Shown here in pieces: positions 41,886-50,423 of a stretch of DNA of 64,000 bases. The position numbers and the translations under genes were made by a program. Position 1 is the first letter of the stretch; every line of letters starts with the position of its first letter. This stretch comes from Candidatus Pelagibacter sp. (lineage in GTDB: Bacteria > Pseudomonadota > Alphaproteobacteria > Pelagibacterales > Pelagibacteraceae). Below the pieces are notes generated by a model, which did no database searches, was not told the DNA's origin, and saw nothing but the letters and a program-made list of their open reading frames with translations. The stretch lies in contig NZ_JBNGYX010000001.1 of the NCBI RefSeq assembly GCF_052049995.1, positions 57,850 to 121,849 on the forward strand, in the 5' to 3' direction.

Positions 41886-42835
41886 CTTCTAACTGGTGTT
41901 TCTGTTGCAATAAATTGCTCTTTAACTCTCTCTCTCATGTAAATATAAATTCCAGCTGCTATAATACACGCAACACCAATAAACGTTCTGGTCGTTGGTA
42001 CTTCATTAAATAAAAAGTAGCCAGGTATCATAGACATAATTATTAATGAATACTCAAACAAAGAAACAACAGAAGGTGATGCAACTATATATGCTGAAAA
42101 AATACAAACAAAAGCTATTGATGCAGCAAAACCAAAAAATAAAATAAATTTCCATGTATATTCAATATTTGAAAACCATTCTCTAAAGATGAATTGTATT
42201 GTTGGATCAAAGTTTGAATTATTAAGCTGACCACTACCCATAAAAATATATAAAATTACACACAGTAATATTGCAATCAGATAAAAGTAATATAGCTGAG
42301 TGTTAACATCATCTTTATCAGATGTATATTTAGTGATAGTCATAGATGCAGCATAACAAAATGCACAAAAAACTGGTAAAAGACTTCGATATTCAAAGTC
42401 TGAAAAATTTGGATTTAAGACTATAAAAACGCCAACAAAACCAAAAACAATTGCTGACCACCTTCTAATACCAATAGTTTCTTTTAAAAATAACTTTGCA
42501 AATATTGATACGAAAAAAGGGGAGGAAAAAAATAGAGCATTTGCTGTTGCTAAAGGCATAAAAGTTAGTGAGATAAAAAAAGCAGAAAAAGCAATAAAAT
42601 GCAAAACCACTCTTAGTATTGTTAAAAAAGGATAGTGAGTTTTAAGAGAGACTTTTTGTTTTCTGAATTTTATATAACCAAATAGCAAAATTGCTGCAAC
42701 AAAATATCTTCCAAAAAATATTTCATATAAAGCTGCTTTTTCAAAAATGAATTTAATTAAAGCATCCTGCATTGCAAAAAATGTCATTGCAGTAATAATT
42801 AAAAGTATTCCTTTTGAATTATTATTAGCGCCCAT
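41882..42835 (-). CDS. EamA/DMT family transporter
   Basis: FAMQDALIK, FSSPFF, ETIGIRRW, SVVSLFEYS. Confidence 0.88.
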   Translation of the reverse strand: MGANNNSKGILLIITAMTFFAMQDALIKFIFEKAALYEIFFGRYFVAAILLFGYIKFRKQKVSLKTHYPFLTILRVVLHFIAFSAFFISLTFMPLATANALFFSSPFFVSIFAKLFLKETIGIRRWSAIVFGFVGVFIVLNPNFSDFEYRSLLPVFCAFCYAASMTITKYTSDKDDVNTQLYYFYLIAILLCVILYIFMGSGQLNNSNFDPTIQFIFREWFSNIEYTWKFILFFGFAASIAFVCIFSAYIVASPSVVSLFEYSLIIMSMIPGYFLFNEVPTTRTFIGVACIIAAGIYIYMRERVKEQFIATETPVRR

Positions 42836-42875
42836 TATGCACCTATATCAAAAAAAAATTGTATAGAATATTTAA

Positions 42876-43337
42876 TTATTTCTTTAATTTAGAAGAGAAT
42901 AGAAGACCTTCGCTTGAAAATTTTGACTTATTTTCTTCAATAAAATCTTTCATTAATTTTACTTTTTCTTCTTCAAATTCAGTAACCTTTCTTTTGCTTA
43001 AATCTATATATAGCGATATCCATTCCATAGAAGCTGAAGGTTTGTTAGTTTTTTGAGAAATCATTTCCATTTTTAAATGTAATCTTTTTTTATCATGATC
43101 AAAATAAGTCAGATTAACATTGACCATTTCTCCCTCTTTTACCTCATTTAAATATTTAGTATTAGTTTCAACAACCATTGTACTTCTATTAAGATTTTTT
43201 GCTGCTGTTCCACCCATTTTAAATTTTTCAAGAGCAACTTCCCATGCTTGATCAAAAACAAGCACATAATAAGCCATGTTCATATGATTGTTGTAATCAA
43301 CCCATTCCTTTTTTACTTCGAAAGTTTTTAATAACAC
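42876..43337 (-). CDS. Hot-dog fold acyl-CoA thioesterase (CdhB/carnitine-pathway-like)
   Basis: EWVDYNNHMNMAYY motif, YLNEV, YFDHDKKRLHL; GTG start 1 nt after the ATPase stop. Confidence 0.82.
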   Translation of the reverse strand: MLLKTFEVKKEWVDYNNHMNMAYYVLVFDQAWEVALEKFKMGGTAAKNLNRSTMVVETNTKYLNEVKEGEMVNVNLTYFDHDKKRLHLKMEMISQKTNKPSASMEWISLYIDLSKRKVTEFEEEKVKLMKDFIEENKSKFSSEGLLFSSKLKK

Positions 43338-43338
43338 T

Positions 43339-44364
43339 TTATGATCTTGTTAATGAAGACTGTAATTCTTGGTTTGAAATGTATCCTTTTACATTTCCAC
43401 TTTTATCAACCACTTCACAATTTGAGTCAGAACAAACAATTTTTGGTAAAAAATCTTCAATAAACTCATCTTCATTTACTTTTATTAAGTTTGATTTATC
43501 TATGTCATTAGCTTGATCAGCAGTTTTCATAATAATTTTTGCCTTGATGACTTTTGCTCTATTCACATCTTTTACAAAAGCTTTTACATAATCATCAGCA
43601 GGGTTCATAATAATTTCCTCAGGGGTTCCTACTTGGACTAATTTTCCAGAGTTTAATATCCCGATATGATCACCCAATCTTAATGATTCATCTAGATCGT
43701 GAGTAATAAATACAATTGTTTTTTTTAGTTCTGCTTGAAGATCAATTAGTTGTTTTTGCATGTCACTTCTAATCAGAGGATCTAGAGCACTGAAAGCCTC
43801 ATCCATTAACATGATATCTGTATCGGTAGCTAATGCTCTTGCTAAACCAACACGTTGCTGCATTCCTCCTGATAATTGAGCGGGGTATTGATTTTCAAAA
43901 CCAGTTAGACCAACTGCATCAATTTTTTCCATTGAGATTTTATTTCTTTCATCTTCACCTTTCCCTTGCATTTCTAGTCCGTATCCAACATTTTGAATTA
44001 CTGTTTTATGCGGGAATAAACCAAATCTTTGAAACACCATGCTCATTTTATGTCTTCTAAATTCAATAAGCTTATCTTTATCAAGTGACATTACATTCGT
44101 GCCCTCAACTAAAATTTCACCATCAGTTGGATCGATTAGTCTATTTAAATGTCTTATTAGTGTTGATTTTCCCGATCCAGATAAACCCATACAAACAAAG
44201 GTTTCTCCTTCTTCAATTTTAAGCGAAACATTATCTAATCCAACGGTATGACCAGTTTGCTCTAAAATTTCGTCTTTTGTTGCACCATCTTTTACCATTG
44301 GCAGTACAGAAGAAGGGTTGTTTCCAAAAATTTTGTAAACGTTGTTGATCTCAATTTTTGACAT
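43339..44364 (-). CDS. Glycine betaine/L-proline/carnitine ABC ATPase (ProV/OpuAA class)
   Basis: KIFG, MGLSGSGKST, SMVFQRFGLFPH, LSGGMQQRVGLARALA, MDEAFSALDPLIR, FITHDLDES. Confidence 0.92.
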   Translation of the reverse strand: MSKIEINNVYKIFGNNPSSVLPMVKDGATKDEILEQTGHTVGLDNVSLKIEEGETFVCMGLSGSGKSTLIRHLNRLIDPTDGEILVEGTNVMSLDKDKLIEFRRHKMSMVFQRFGLFPHKTVIQNVGYGLEMQGKGEDERNKISMEKIDAVGLTGFENQYPAQLSGGMQQRVGLARALATDTDIMLMDEAFSALDPLIRSDMQKQLIDLQAELKKTIVFITHDLDESLRLGDHIGILNSGKLVQVGTPEEIIMNPADDYVKAFVKDVNRAKVIKAKIIMKTADQANDIDKSNLIKVNEDEFIEDFLPKIVCSDSNCEVVDKSGNVKGYISNQELQSSLTRS

Positions 44365-44489
44365 GATGTAATGTTCTAACAGTTACAATCATCATATGTA
44401 AAACAAATATTATACAACTTATAATTGTTTTAAGAAATAACAGTTGTATTTATTTGCTTTTGCTTATTTTTTAAATAAGAATTTTATTT
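44365..44489. promoter_or_regulatory. Divergent promoter region with repeated motifs
   Basis: Direct repeat TAACAGTT at 44377 and 44438; inverted repeat ATACAACT (44412-44419) and AGTTGTAT (44442-44449). Confidence 0.45.
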
Positions 44490-45221
44490 ATGGCGCAAAC
44501 AGATAAAGATGTGCGACTAGAGTTGTCTGCTCTCTATAGAATTTTACATATGTACGGCATGACAGACCTTGCTAACCAATGTGCAGGGGCAAGATCTGCT
44601 GAAGATAAGAATTGTTCTTTTGTTCATCCATACGGAATGTTTTATGAGGAAATTACCGCTTCATCTTTAGTTAAAATTGATCAAAACGGAAAAAAATTAG
44701 ATTCAGACGGACCTTGGTTAAATGACGGATGCATTAATCTTGCTCAATGGATTTTTAATAAAAGAAATGATGTAAACTTTTATGTTCACGGACATGCCAA
44801 CGATGTGATGGCAGTTGGAGGTACTAAAGAAGGTTTAATGTATCTTTCACAGGCCGCAGTTTATTTAAATCATCTTGTTGGATATATTGATTATGAATTT
44901 GTTGAGGACAAAGAATTTGGAAGTAAATTTGAAAACCTAATTAGTAAACACGATATTTTGATTACTAGAAATCATGGATATTACACAGTAGGAAAAACTG
45001 CTGCAGAAGCATTTTTCAGAGCTTATTATCTAGAGCAAGCATGTTCAGTTCAGGTAAAAAACCTTGCCATGGGGTTAAACAAACATGAAATAGATAAACA
45101 GAAAGCTGCATATTTTTGGGAAAACATGAGCGACTCCGATGATTATAATTATGATGGAAAAACGGAGTGGGCTGCTTTATTAAGAAAACTAGAGAGAGAA
45201 CATTCAAATTATAAAAATTAA
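44490..45221 (+). CDS. Class II aldolase/adducin family protein
   Basis: PYGMFYEEITASSLVKID, metal ligands HGH and RNHG, AEAFFRAYYLEQACSVQ. Confidence 0.9.
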   Translation: MAQTDKDVRLELSALYRILHMYGMTDLANQCAGARSAEDKNCSFVHPYGMFYEEITASSLVKIDQNGKKLDSDGPWLNDGCINLAQWIFNKRNDVNFYVHGHANDVMAVGGTKEGLMYLSQAAVYLNHLVGYIDYEFVEDKEFGSKFENLISKHDILITRNHGYYTVGKTAAEAFFRAYYLEQACSVQVKNLAMGLNKHEIDKQKAAYFWENMSDSDDYNYDGKTEWAALLRKLEREHSNYKN

Positions 45222-46372
45222 TGGAACAAAATTTTACAATAAAAAATATAACTAAAAATTCTACAAATTTAGAAATTGACTGGAGTGATGGAAAAAAAAG
45301 TAAATTTAATTATTTATGGCTAAGAGACAATTGTCCAACTGCACATGACAAAGACTCACGTCATAGAATGTTTAATATTTTAAAAGTATCAAACAAAATT
45401 AATCCAAAAAAATTTGCAGTAAATAATGAAGGCAAGCTTGAAATTGAATGGAGTGAAGGTGACCATATAAGTTATTATGACCAAAATTGGTTAAGAGAAA
45501 ACTGCTATACTATAAAAAATAATTTAGATTATAAATCTCCATATCAACTTTGGGACAACTCTTTACAAAATGACCTGAAGTCAATTGAGATTGAACATGA
45601 TGAAATTATGAGTTCATATGAGGGACTTGTCAGATGGTTAGAGCTCTTACACCACACTGGAATTGCTATAGTAAAAAATGCTCCAACTGAAAATAATTCT
45701 GGCTTTAAAATTTTAAACAGAATCAGCCATACTAGAGAAACTTTTTTTAAAACACCTTTTGAAGTAATTAATATCCCTAAACCAAATAATTCTGCTTACA
45801 CAGCACATGCCCTAAGAAATCATATGGATTTACCATGGTTTGAAACACCACCTGGTTATCAATTTCTTCATTGTTTAGTTAATTCTGCAACAGGAGGAGA
45901 CTCATCCGCTGTAGATGGCTTTGCAGTTGCAGATTATTTAAGAAAAAATGAGAAAGAAATATTTGATACGCTAGTAAACGTTCATTTAAAATTTAGAGAC
46001 ATGGATTATACACAAGAGTCTGTTAGAAGTTATTACGCACCCGCGATATCTCTAACAAAAGATAATGATTACCATGATATTCGGTTTAGCGTAGCAACTA
46101 TGGATGCTTTAGATTGTCATCCTGATTTGATGGATAAAGTTTATAAAGCTCATCACCGATTTGGAAATTTACTTCATGACGATCAATTCCAGATTAAATT
46201 TAGATTAGGACCAGGTGATATTTTTTCTTTTAACAATAGACGATTATTACACGGTAGAACTGAATATGATCCAAACTCAGGACATAGACATTTGCAAGGT
46301 TATTACATGGATCGAGACGAAATTATTGGGAGACTAAGATATTTAAAAAATTCTGTTAACTCCAACCAGTAA
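45221..46372 (+). CDS. Gamma-butyrobetaine/trimethyllysine hydroxylase-like Fe(II)/2OG dioxygenase (DUF971 + TauD)
   Basis: IDWSDG, WLRDNC, WLREN, NSAYT..L..HMD, FLHC, GGDS..VDGF, FNNRRLLHGR, RHLQGYY. Confidence 0.9.
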   Translation: MEQNFTIKNITKNSTNLEIDWSDGKKSKFNYLWLRDNCPTAHDKDSRHRMFNILKVSNKINPKKFAVNNEGKLEIEWSEGDHISYYDQNWLRENCYTIKNNLDYKSPYQLWDNSLQNDLKSIEIEHDEIMSSYEGLVRWLELLHHTGIAIVKNAPTENNSGFKILNRISHTRETFFKTPFEVINIPKPNNSAYTAHALRNHMDLPWFETPPGYQFLHCLVNSATGGDSSAVDGFAVADYLRKNEKEIFDTLVNVHLKFRDMDYTQESVRSYYAPAISLTKDNDYHDIRFSVATMDALDCHPDLMDKVYKAHHRFGNLLHDDQFQIKFRLGPGDIFSFNNRRLLHGRTEYDPNSGHRHLQGYYMDRDEIIGRLRYLKNSVNSNQ

Positions 46373-47786
46373 CATTCTTTACTTCAAGATATTCCTCAAG
46401 ACCCCAAACACCTCCTTCTCTCCCATTACCTGATTGTCTGTAACCACCAAATGGAGTTCCGGAATCTGCTCCATTTCCATTTATGTAAACACATCCAGAT
46501 CTTAATTTTTTAGCAACTCTGTGTGCTTTTTCTCGGTCTTCAGTTTGCAAATAATTTCCAAGACCATAAGAAGTATCATTTACAATATTGACTGCCTCAT
46601 CTTCAGTCCCAAATGGAATTATAGATAATACAGGTCCAAAAATTTCCTCTTTAGCAATTCTCATTTCATTAGTTACATTTGTAAATATAGTTGGTTTGAT
46701 AAAGTATCCTTTGTTCAAACCGTTTGGTAACTCAGGTCCACCTGCTGCAAGAGTTGCGCCTTCAGAAATACCACTTTCAATAAGATTTATAATTTTCTCA
46801 TATTGAATTTTAGAAATTACTGGTCCTATATGATCTCCCTTTTTTGAAGCTTGATCTACTTTAATTTTGTTTGCTTCATCAACAGCTTCTTTAACAGCTC
46901 TATCGTAAATTGATTTTTCAACAAGCATCCTTGTTGGTGCATCACAAGATTGACCAGAATTGCTCATTACATTTCTAATACCGTCTCTTACTGCATCTTT
47001 ATAACTATCAGCAAAAACAATATTTCCACCTTTTCCACCTAATTCAAGACAAACTCTTTTAATTGTTTCAGCAGCATTTTTTGAAATTAATCTTCCTGCT
47101 CTTGTTGAACCTGTGAAAGAAACCATATCAATATCAGGGTGGGTTGAAATGTGGGTTCCCACTCCTGCGCCGTCTCCATTTACCAAATTAAATACACCTT
47201 TTGGAAAACCTACTTCATCAATCATTTCTGCAAATAGCATTCCAGAAATAGGAGCAATTTCTGATGGTTTTAAAATCATTGTACATCCAGTTGCGAATGC
47301 AGGAACGACTTTTAAAGTAATTTGATTAATAGGCCAATTCCACGGTGTGATTAATCCACAAACTCCAATTGGCTCATAATAGATATGATTATTTGATTTA
47401 TTATCAAAGTGTTCATCAAATTTAAAATTTTTTAATCTTAAAATAAAATCATCTAAATGATCTTTCCCTGAAGCTGTTTGAACATCTGTTGCCCAATCCA
47501 TTGGCGCACCCATTTCAAGAGAAATAGCCTCAGCCATTTCATTAAATCTTTTTTTATAAACTGATGATAATTTTTCAAGTAAACTGAGCCTTTCTTTCTT
47601 GCTAGTTTCTTTCCAAGTATTAAAGGCATTTTTTGCTGATTTGACAGCTAAATCTGTATCCTCTTTTGAACCTAAAGAAATAACAGCAAACGGATCTTCA
47701 TTGCATGGATTAATTACGTCAAAATCATTTTTTTTAATTGGATCAACCCACTGACCATTTATGTAAAATTTCCTTTTATCTAACAT
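46356..47786 (-). CDS. Aldehyde dehydrogenase family protein
   Basis: ITPWNWP, FTGSTRAG, ELGGKG, NSGQSCDAPTR, EEIFGPV; stop overlaps the dioxygenase stop region by 17 nt. Confidence 0.93.
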   Translation of the reverse strand: MLDKRKFYINGQWVDPIKKNDFDVINPCNEDPFAVISLGSKEDTDLAVKSAKNAFNTWKETSKKERLSLLEKLSSVYKKRFNEMAEAISLEMGAPMDWATDVQTASGKDHLDDFILRLKNFKFDEHFDNKSNNHIYYEPIGVCGLITPWNWPINQITLKVVPAFATGCTMILKPSEIAPISGMLFAEMIDEVGFPKGVFNLVNGDGAGVGTHISTHPDIDMVSFTGSTRAGRLISKNAAETIKRVCLELGGKGGNIVFADSYKDAVRDGIRNVMSNSGQSCDAPTRMLVEKSIYDRAVKEAVDEANKIKVDQASKKGDHIGPVISKIQYEKIINLIESGISEGATLAAGGPELPNGLNKGYFIKPTIFTNVTNEMRIAKEEIFGPVLSIIPFGTEDEAVNIVNDTSYGLGNYLQTEDREKAHRVAKKLRSGCVYINGNGADSGTPFGGYRQSGNGREGGVWGLEEYLEVKNVTGWS

Positions 47787-47806
47787 TTTTTATCTTAACA
47801 CATTAA

Positions 47807-48748
47807 TTAAATTTCATATCCTTTTTCCTCAGGTTCGCTATCAACCAACTCATCAGGAAAACCATTAGCTCTAAAATTAATATTATTTAAATCCTCCATC
47901 CTTTTCACAATCATTGATGACCAAGCTCTAGAACCATATTTTTTTTGACCATCTTTGAAAATTTCAACTATTTGTGGAGAAATTTCTAAAAGAGCATTTA
48001 TTTTTTTAGCAAGATTATTAAATAAACTTGTGTCTTTTAAAACCAAATCCATTGTAAAGTTTATATTATAAGATCCATTTAATATAACCTGACTTTCAGT
48101 TTCATGCACAAATGAATTACCAGAGGAAATAGCAATCCCTTTATAAGTTTTTGCTAAATCTAAATTAGATTTTTTTGCTACAGTCCAAGCCTCACCTAAT
48201 GCAACTAAATGTGCAGATGCTAGATAATTTGTAATTACTTTTAATACACTTGCTGTACCAAGCTCACCAGTGTGCAATATTTTTCTCCCCATAACAATTA
48301 ATACAGGTAAAATTTTTTCAAATGCTTTTCTTTCTCCACCCACGAATATAGAAATATTACCTGTTGCTGCTCTATGACATCCGCCACTAACAGGTCCATC
48401 CATAGGTATAGCTTTTTTTTCTATTACTTTTTTTCCAATTCTTTTAACCTCATTTTCGTCTGTGGTACTCATTTCTAACCAAATTTTATTCTCTGACAGT
48501 CCATTTATAATTCCGTCATCAGCCTCCATCACTTCAGCGGATACTTCGGGGGAAGGAAGAGATGTAATTATTAAATCAGTTTTTTCTGCTAATTCTTTTG
48601 GCGATTTTGCTACCTTAGCACCTAAGTCTTTTAGAGGATTTGTTAAATTTTCATCTATATCTCTTACTGTAAGATCAAAGTTATTTCTTAATAAACTTCC
48701 AGCAAGTTTTCCTCCAACATTACCTAGACCAATAAATCCAATTTTCAT
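47807..48748 (-). CDS. NAD(P)-dependent beta-hydroxyacid dehydrogenase (3-hydroxyisobutyrate dehydrogenase family)
   Basis: GFIGLGNVG, DGPVSGG, catalytic Lys in LKVITNYL. Confidence 0.88.
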   Translation of the reverse strand: MKIGFIGLGNVGGKLAGSLLRNNFDLTVRDIDENLTNPLKDLGAKVAKSPKELAEKTDLIITSLPSPEVSAEVMEADDGIINGLSENKIWLEMSTTDENEVKRIGKKVIEKKAIPMDGPVSGGCHRAATGNISIFVGGERKAFEKILPVLIVMGRKILHTGELGTASVLKVITNYLASAHLVALGEAWTVAKKSNLDLAKTYKGIAISSGNSFVHETESQVILNGSYNINFTMDLVLKDTSLFNNLAKKINALLEISPQIVEIFKDGQKKYGSRAWSSMIVKRMEDLNNINFRANGFPDELVDSEPEEKGYEI

Positions 48749-49617
48749 TTTATTTCCTCTTCCTTTTTGTTTTTTTTAAATACAATTAAAATCACACCAA
48801 CTATGATTATTGTACCACCTATAAATAATTCTGAAGTTGGTTTTTCACCTAAAAGAAATATTGCTGCCAATAAACCGGTTGGTGGTATCCCCATAGTTAC
48901 AATCGGTAGAACTTTATAAAGTGGGTTATTTTTTAAAACATAATAGAAACAACCGTATGTAATTGGTTGCATGATGAAACCAATATAAATAGCAATAATC
49001 CAATGATTAAATTTTGCATTTGTTAGATAATTAATTGTATTTCCATCAATTATCGCAGATGACATTATTAATATCGGTCCAGAGAATAATGCTAACCAAG
49101 CAACTAACGCTAAAGGATTTATTTCTTTACTTAAAGGTTTAACCATAACTTGTCCAAGAGCCCATACAGCAGATCCTAAAATTGTAAGTCCAATTCCAAT
49201 AAATTTTCCATCCAAGTTAGGAGATCCAGTTAAAATATAAACACCAACAAATGCGATAGCTATACCAATCAAAGCTCTGATCGTTGGTTTTTCTTTAAGC
49301 ATGAAGTAAGCAAAAATGACTCCAAACGGAACTTCCATCTGAACCAAAAGAACTGCTGAAGATGCATCAATTAAATCTAAACCAGTATATGTAATGCTAT
49401 ATTGCAATGTATTAGCGACTAATGATGCAGCAAAAATTCTTTTTAAATATCCTCTTGGAATTGGAAACCACCAAATTAATAATGATGCAGCAAATGTAAA
49501 TCTGATACCCATTAAAAGAATAGGAGGAAAAGATTCAAATGCTGGTTTAGCTATTACAAAACCAAAGCCTAAAAATATAGGCACCAAGGATGCTACGAAA
49601 GTATCTTTTATATTCAT
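48745..49617 (-). CDS. EamA/DMT family transporter
   Basis: FPPILLMGIRF, VQMEVPF, LLGEKPT; about 10 TM. Confidence 0.88.
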   Translation of the reverse strand: MNIKDTFVASLVPIFLGFGFVIAKPAFESFPPILLMGIRFTFAASLLIWWFPIPRGYLKRIFAASLVANTLQYSITYTGLDLIDASSAVLLVQMEVPFGVIFAYFMLKEKPTIRALIGIAIAFVGVYILTGSPNLDGKFIGIGLTILGSAVWALGQVMVKPLSKEINPLALVAWLALFSGPILIMSSAIIDGNTINYLTNAKFNHWIIAIYIGFIMQPITYGCFYYVLKNNPLYKVLPIVTMGIPPTGLLAAIFLLGEKPTSELFIGGTIIIVGVILIVFKKNKKEEEIK

Positions 49618-49676
49618 ACCTATTTTTTTATATTAATGATTATTAAAGAACTTCTGATATATTCACCTTTTAAAAT

Positions 49677-50423
49677 ATGAATTCAACAAAAATAGATCCT
49701 AAATACATCACCAAATCAAATCCAAGAATTGGACTTATTGCGCTTGCAAGCGATTTTATGATTGAAAGAGATTTTATAAACGTAATTAAAGACAGAGAAG
49801 TTGATTTTTTTGTAAATCGTATTGAATGCTACAACCCGCTAACAAAAGAAAATTTGATCAAAATGTCAGACAAAGTAACTGAGGTAACAAAAGATATATT
49901 ACCTGATCAGGATATCGATTGTGTTGTTTATGGCTGTACCTCTGGAACAATAGCTGCAGGTTATGAGTCTATAGAGAAAAAAGTAAAAGCTGCAAAACCT
50001 ATGGCAGAGGTGACAACTCCAAGTACCGCTGCAATTAAAGCTTTAAAAAAGTTAAATATAAGTAAGATAAGTCTATTTACACCTTATAGCAAAAAACTTA
50101 ACGATGAAGTTTTGGAATATTTTAAAAATGAAGGGTTTGAAGTTACTTCAAATTCTTACTTTGATATAGAAGCTGATTACGATATCGGAAAAGTTGATCA
50201 GAATTATTTATTTAATGTTCTATCCGAAATAAATTTAAATGGAGCAGAGGCTCTCTTTGTTTCTTGTACTGCTTTACCAGTATTGCCAATTATTGATAAA
50301 TTAGAGAAAAAATTAAATACTACAGTTTTATCTAGCAATCAGGCTTTAATTTGGGATACGCTTGTTAAAATTAACAAAAATAATTCCGTCGAAGGATTTG
50401 GTAAATTATTTAATGAAAATTAA
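49677..50423 (+). CDS. eutA: Asp/Glu/hydantoin racemase-maleate isomerase family protein (ectoine utilisation EutA-like)
   Basis: RIGLIALASD, YGCTSG, FTPY, FVSCTAL, SSNQA; adjacent to doeA. Confidence 0.8.
   Translation: MNSTKIDPKYITKSNPRIGLIALASDFMIERDFINVIKDREVDFFVNRIECYNPLTKENLIKMSDKVTEVTKDILPDQDIDCVVYGCTSGTIAAGYESIEKKVKAAKPMAEVTTPSTAAIKALKKLNISKISLFTPYSKKLNDEVLEYFKNEGFEVTSNSYFDIEADYDIGKVDQNYLFNVLSEINLNGAEALFVSCTALPVLPIIDKLEKKLNTTVLSSNQALIWDTLVKINKNNSVEGFGKLFNEN

Noticed and set aside
36687-46400. Mobile-element origin of the catabolic block
   Set aside because: No integrase, transposase, tRNA or flanking direct repeats seen; accessory status is inferred from gene content only
47807-48748. 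NAD-dependent dehydrogenase as carnitine dehydrogenase CdhA
   Set aside because: It is beta-hydroxyacid (MmsB/GarR) family, whereas CdhA belongs to the 3-hydroxyacyl-CoA dehydrogenase family
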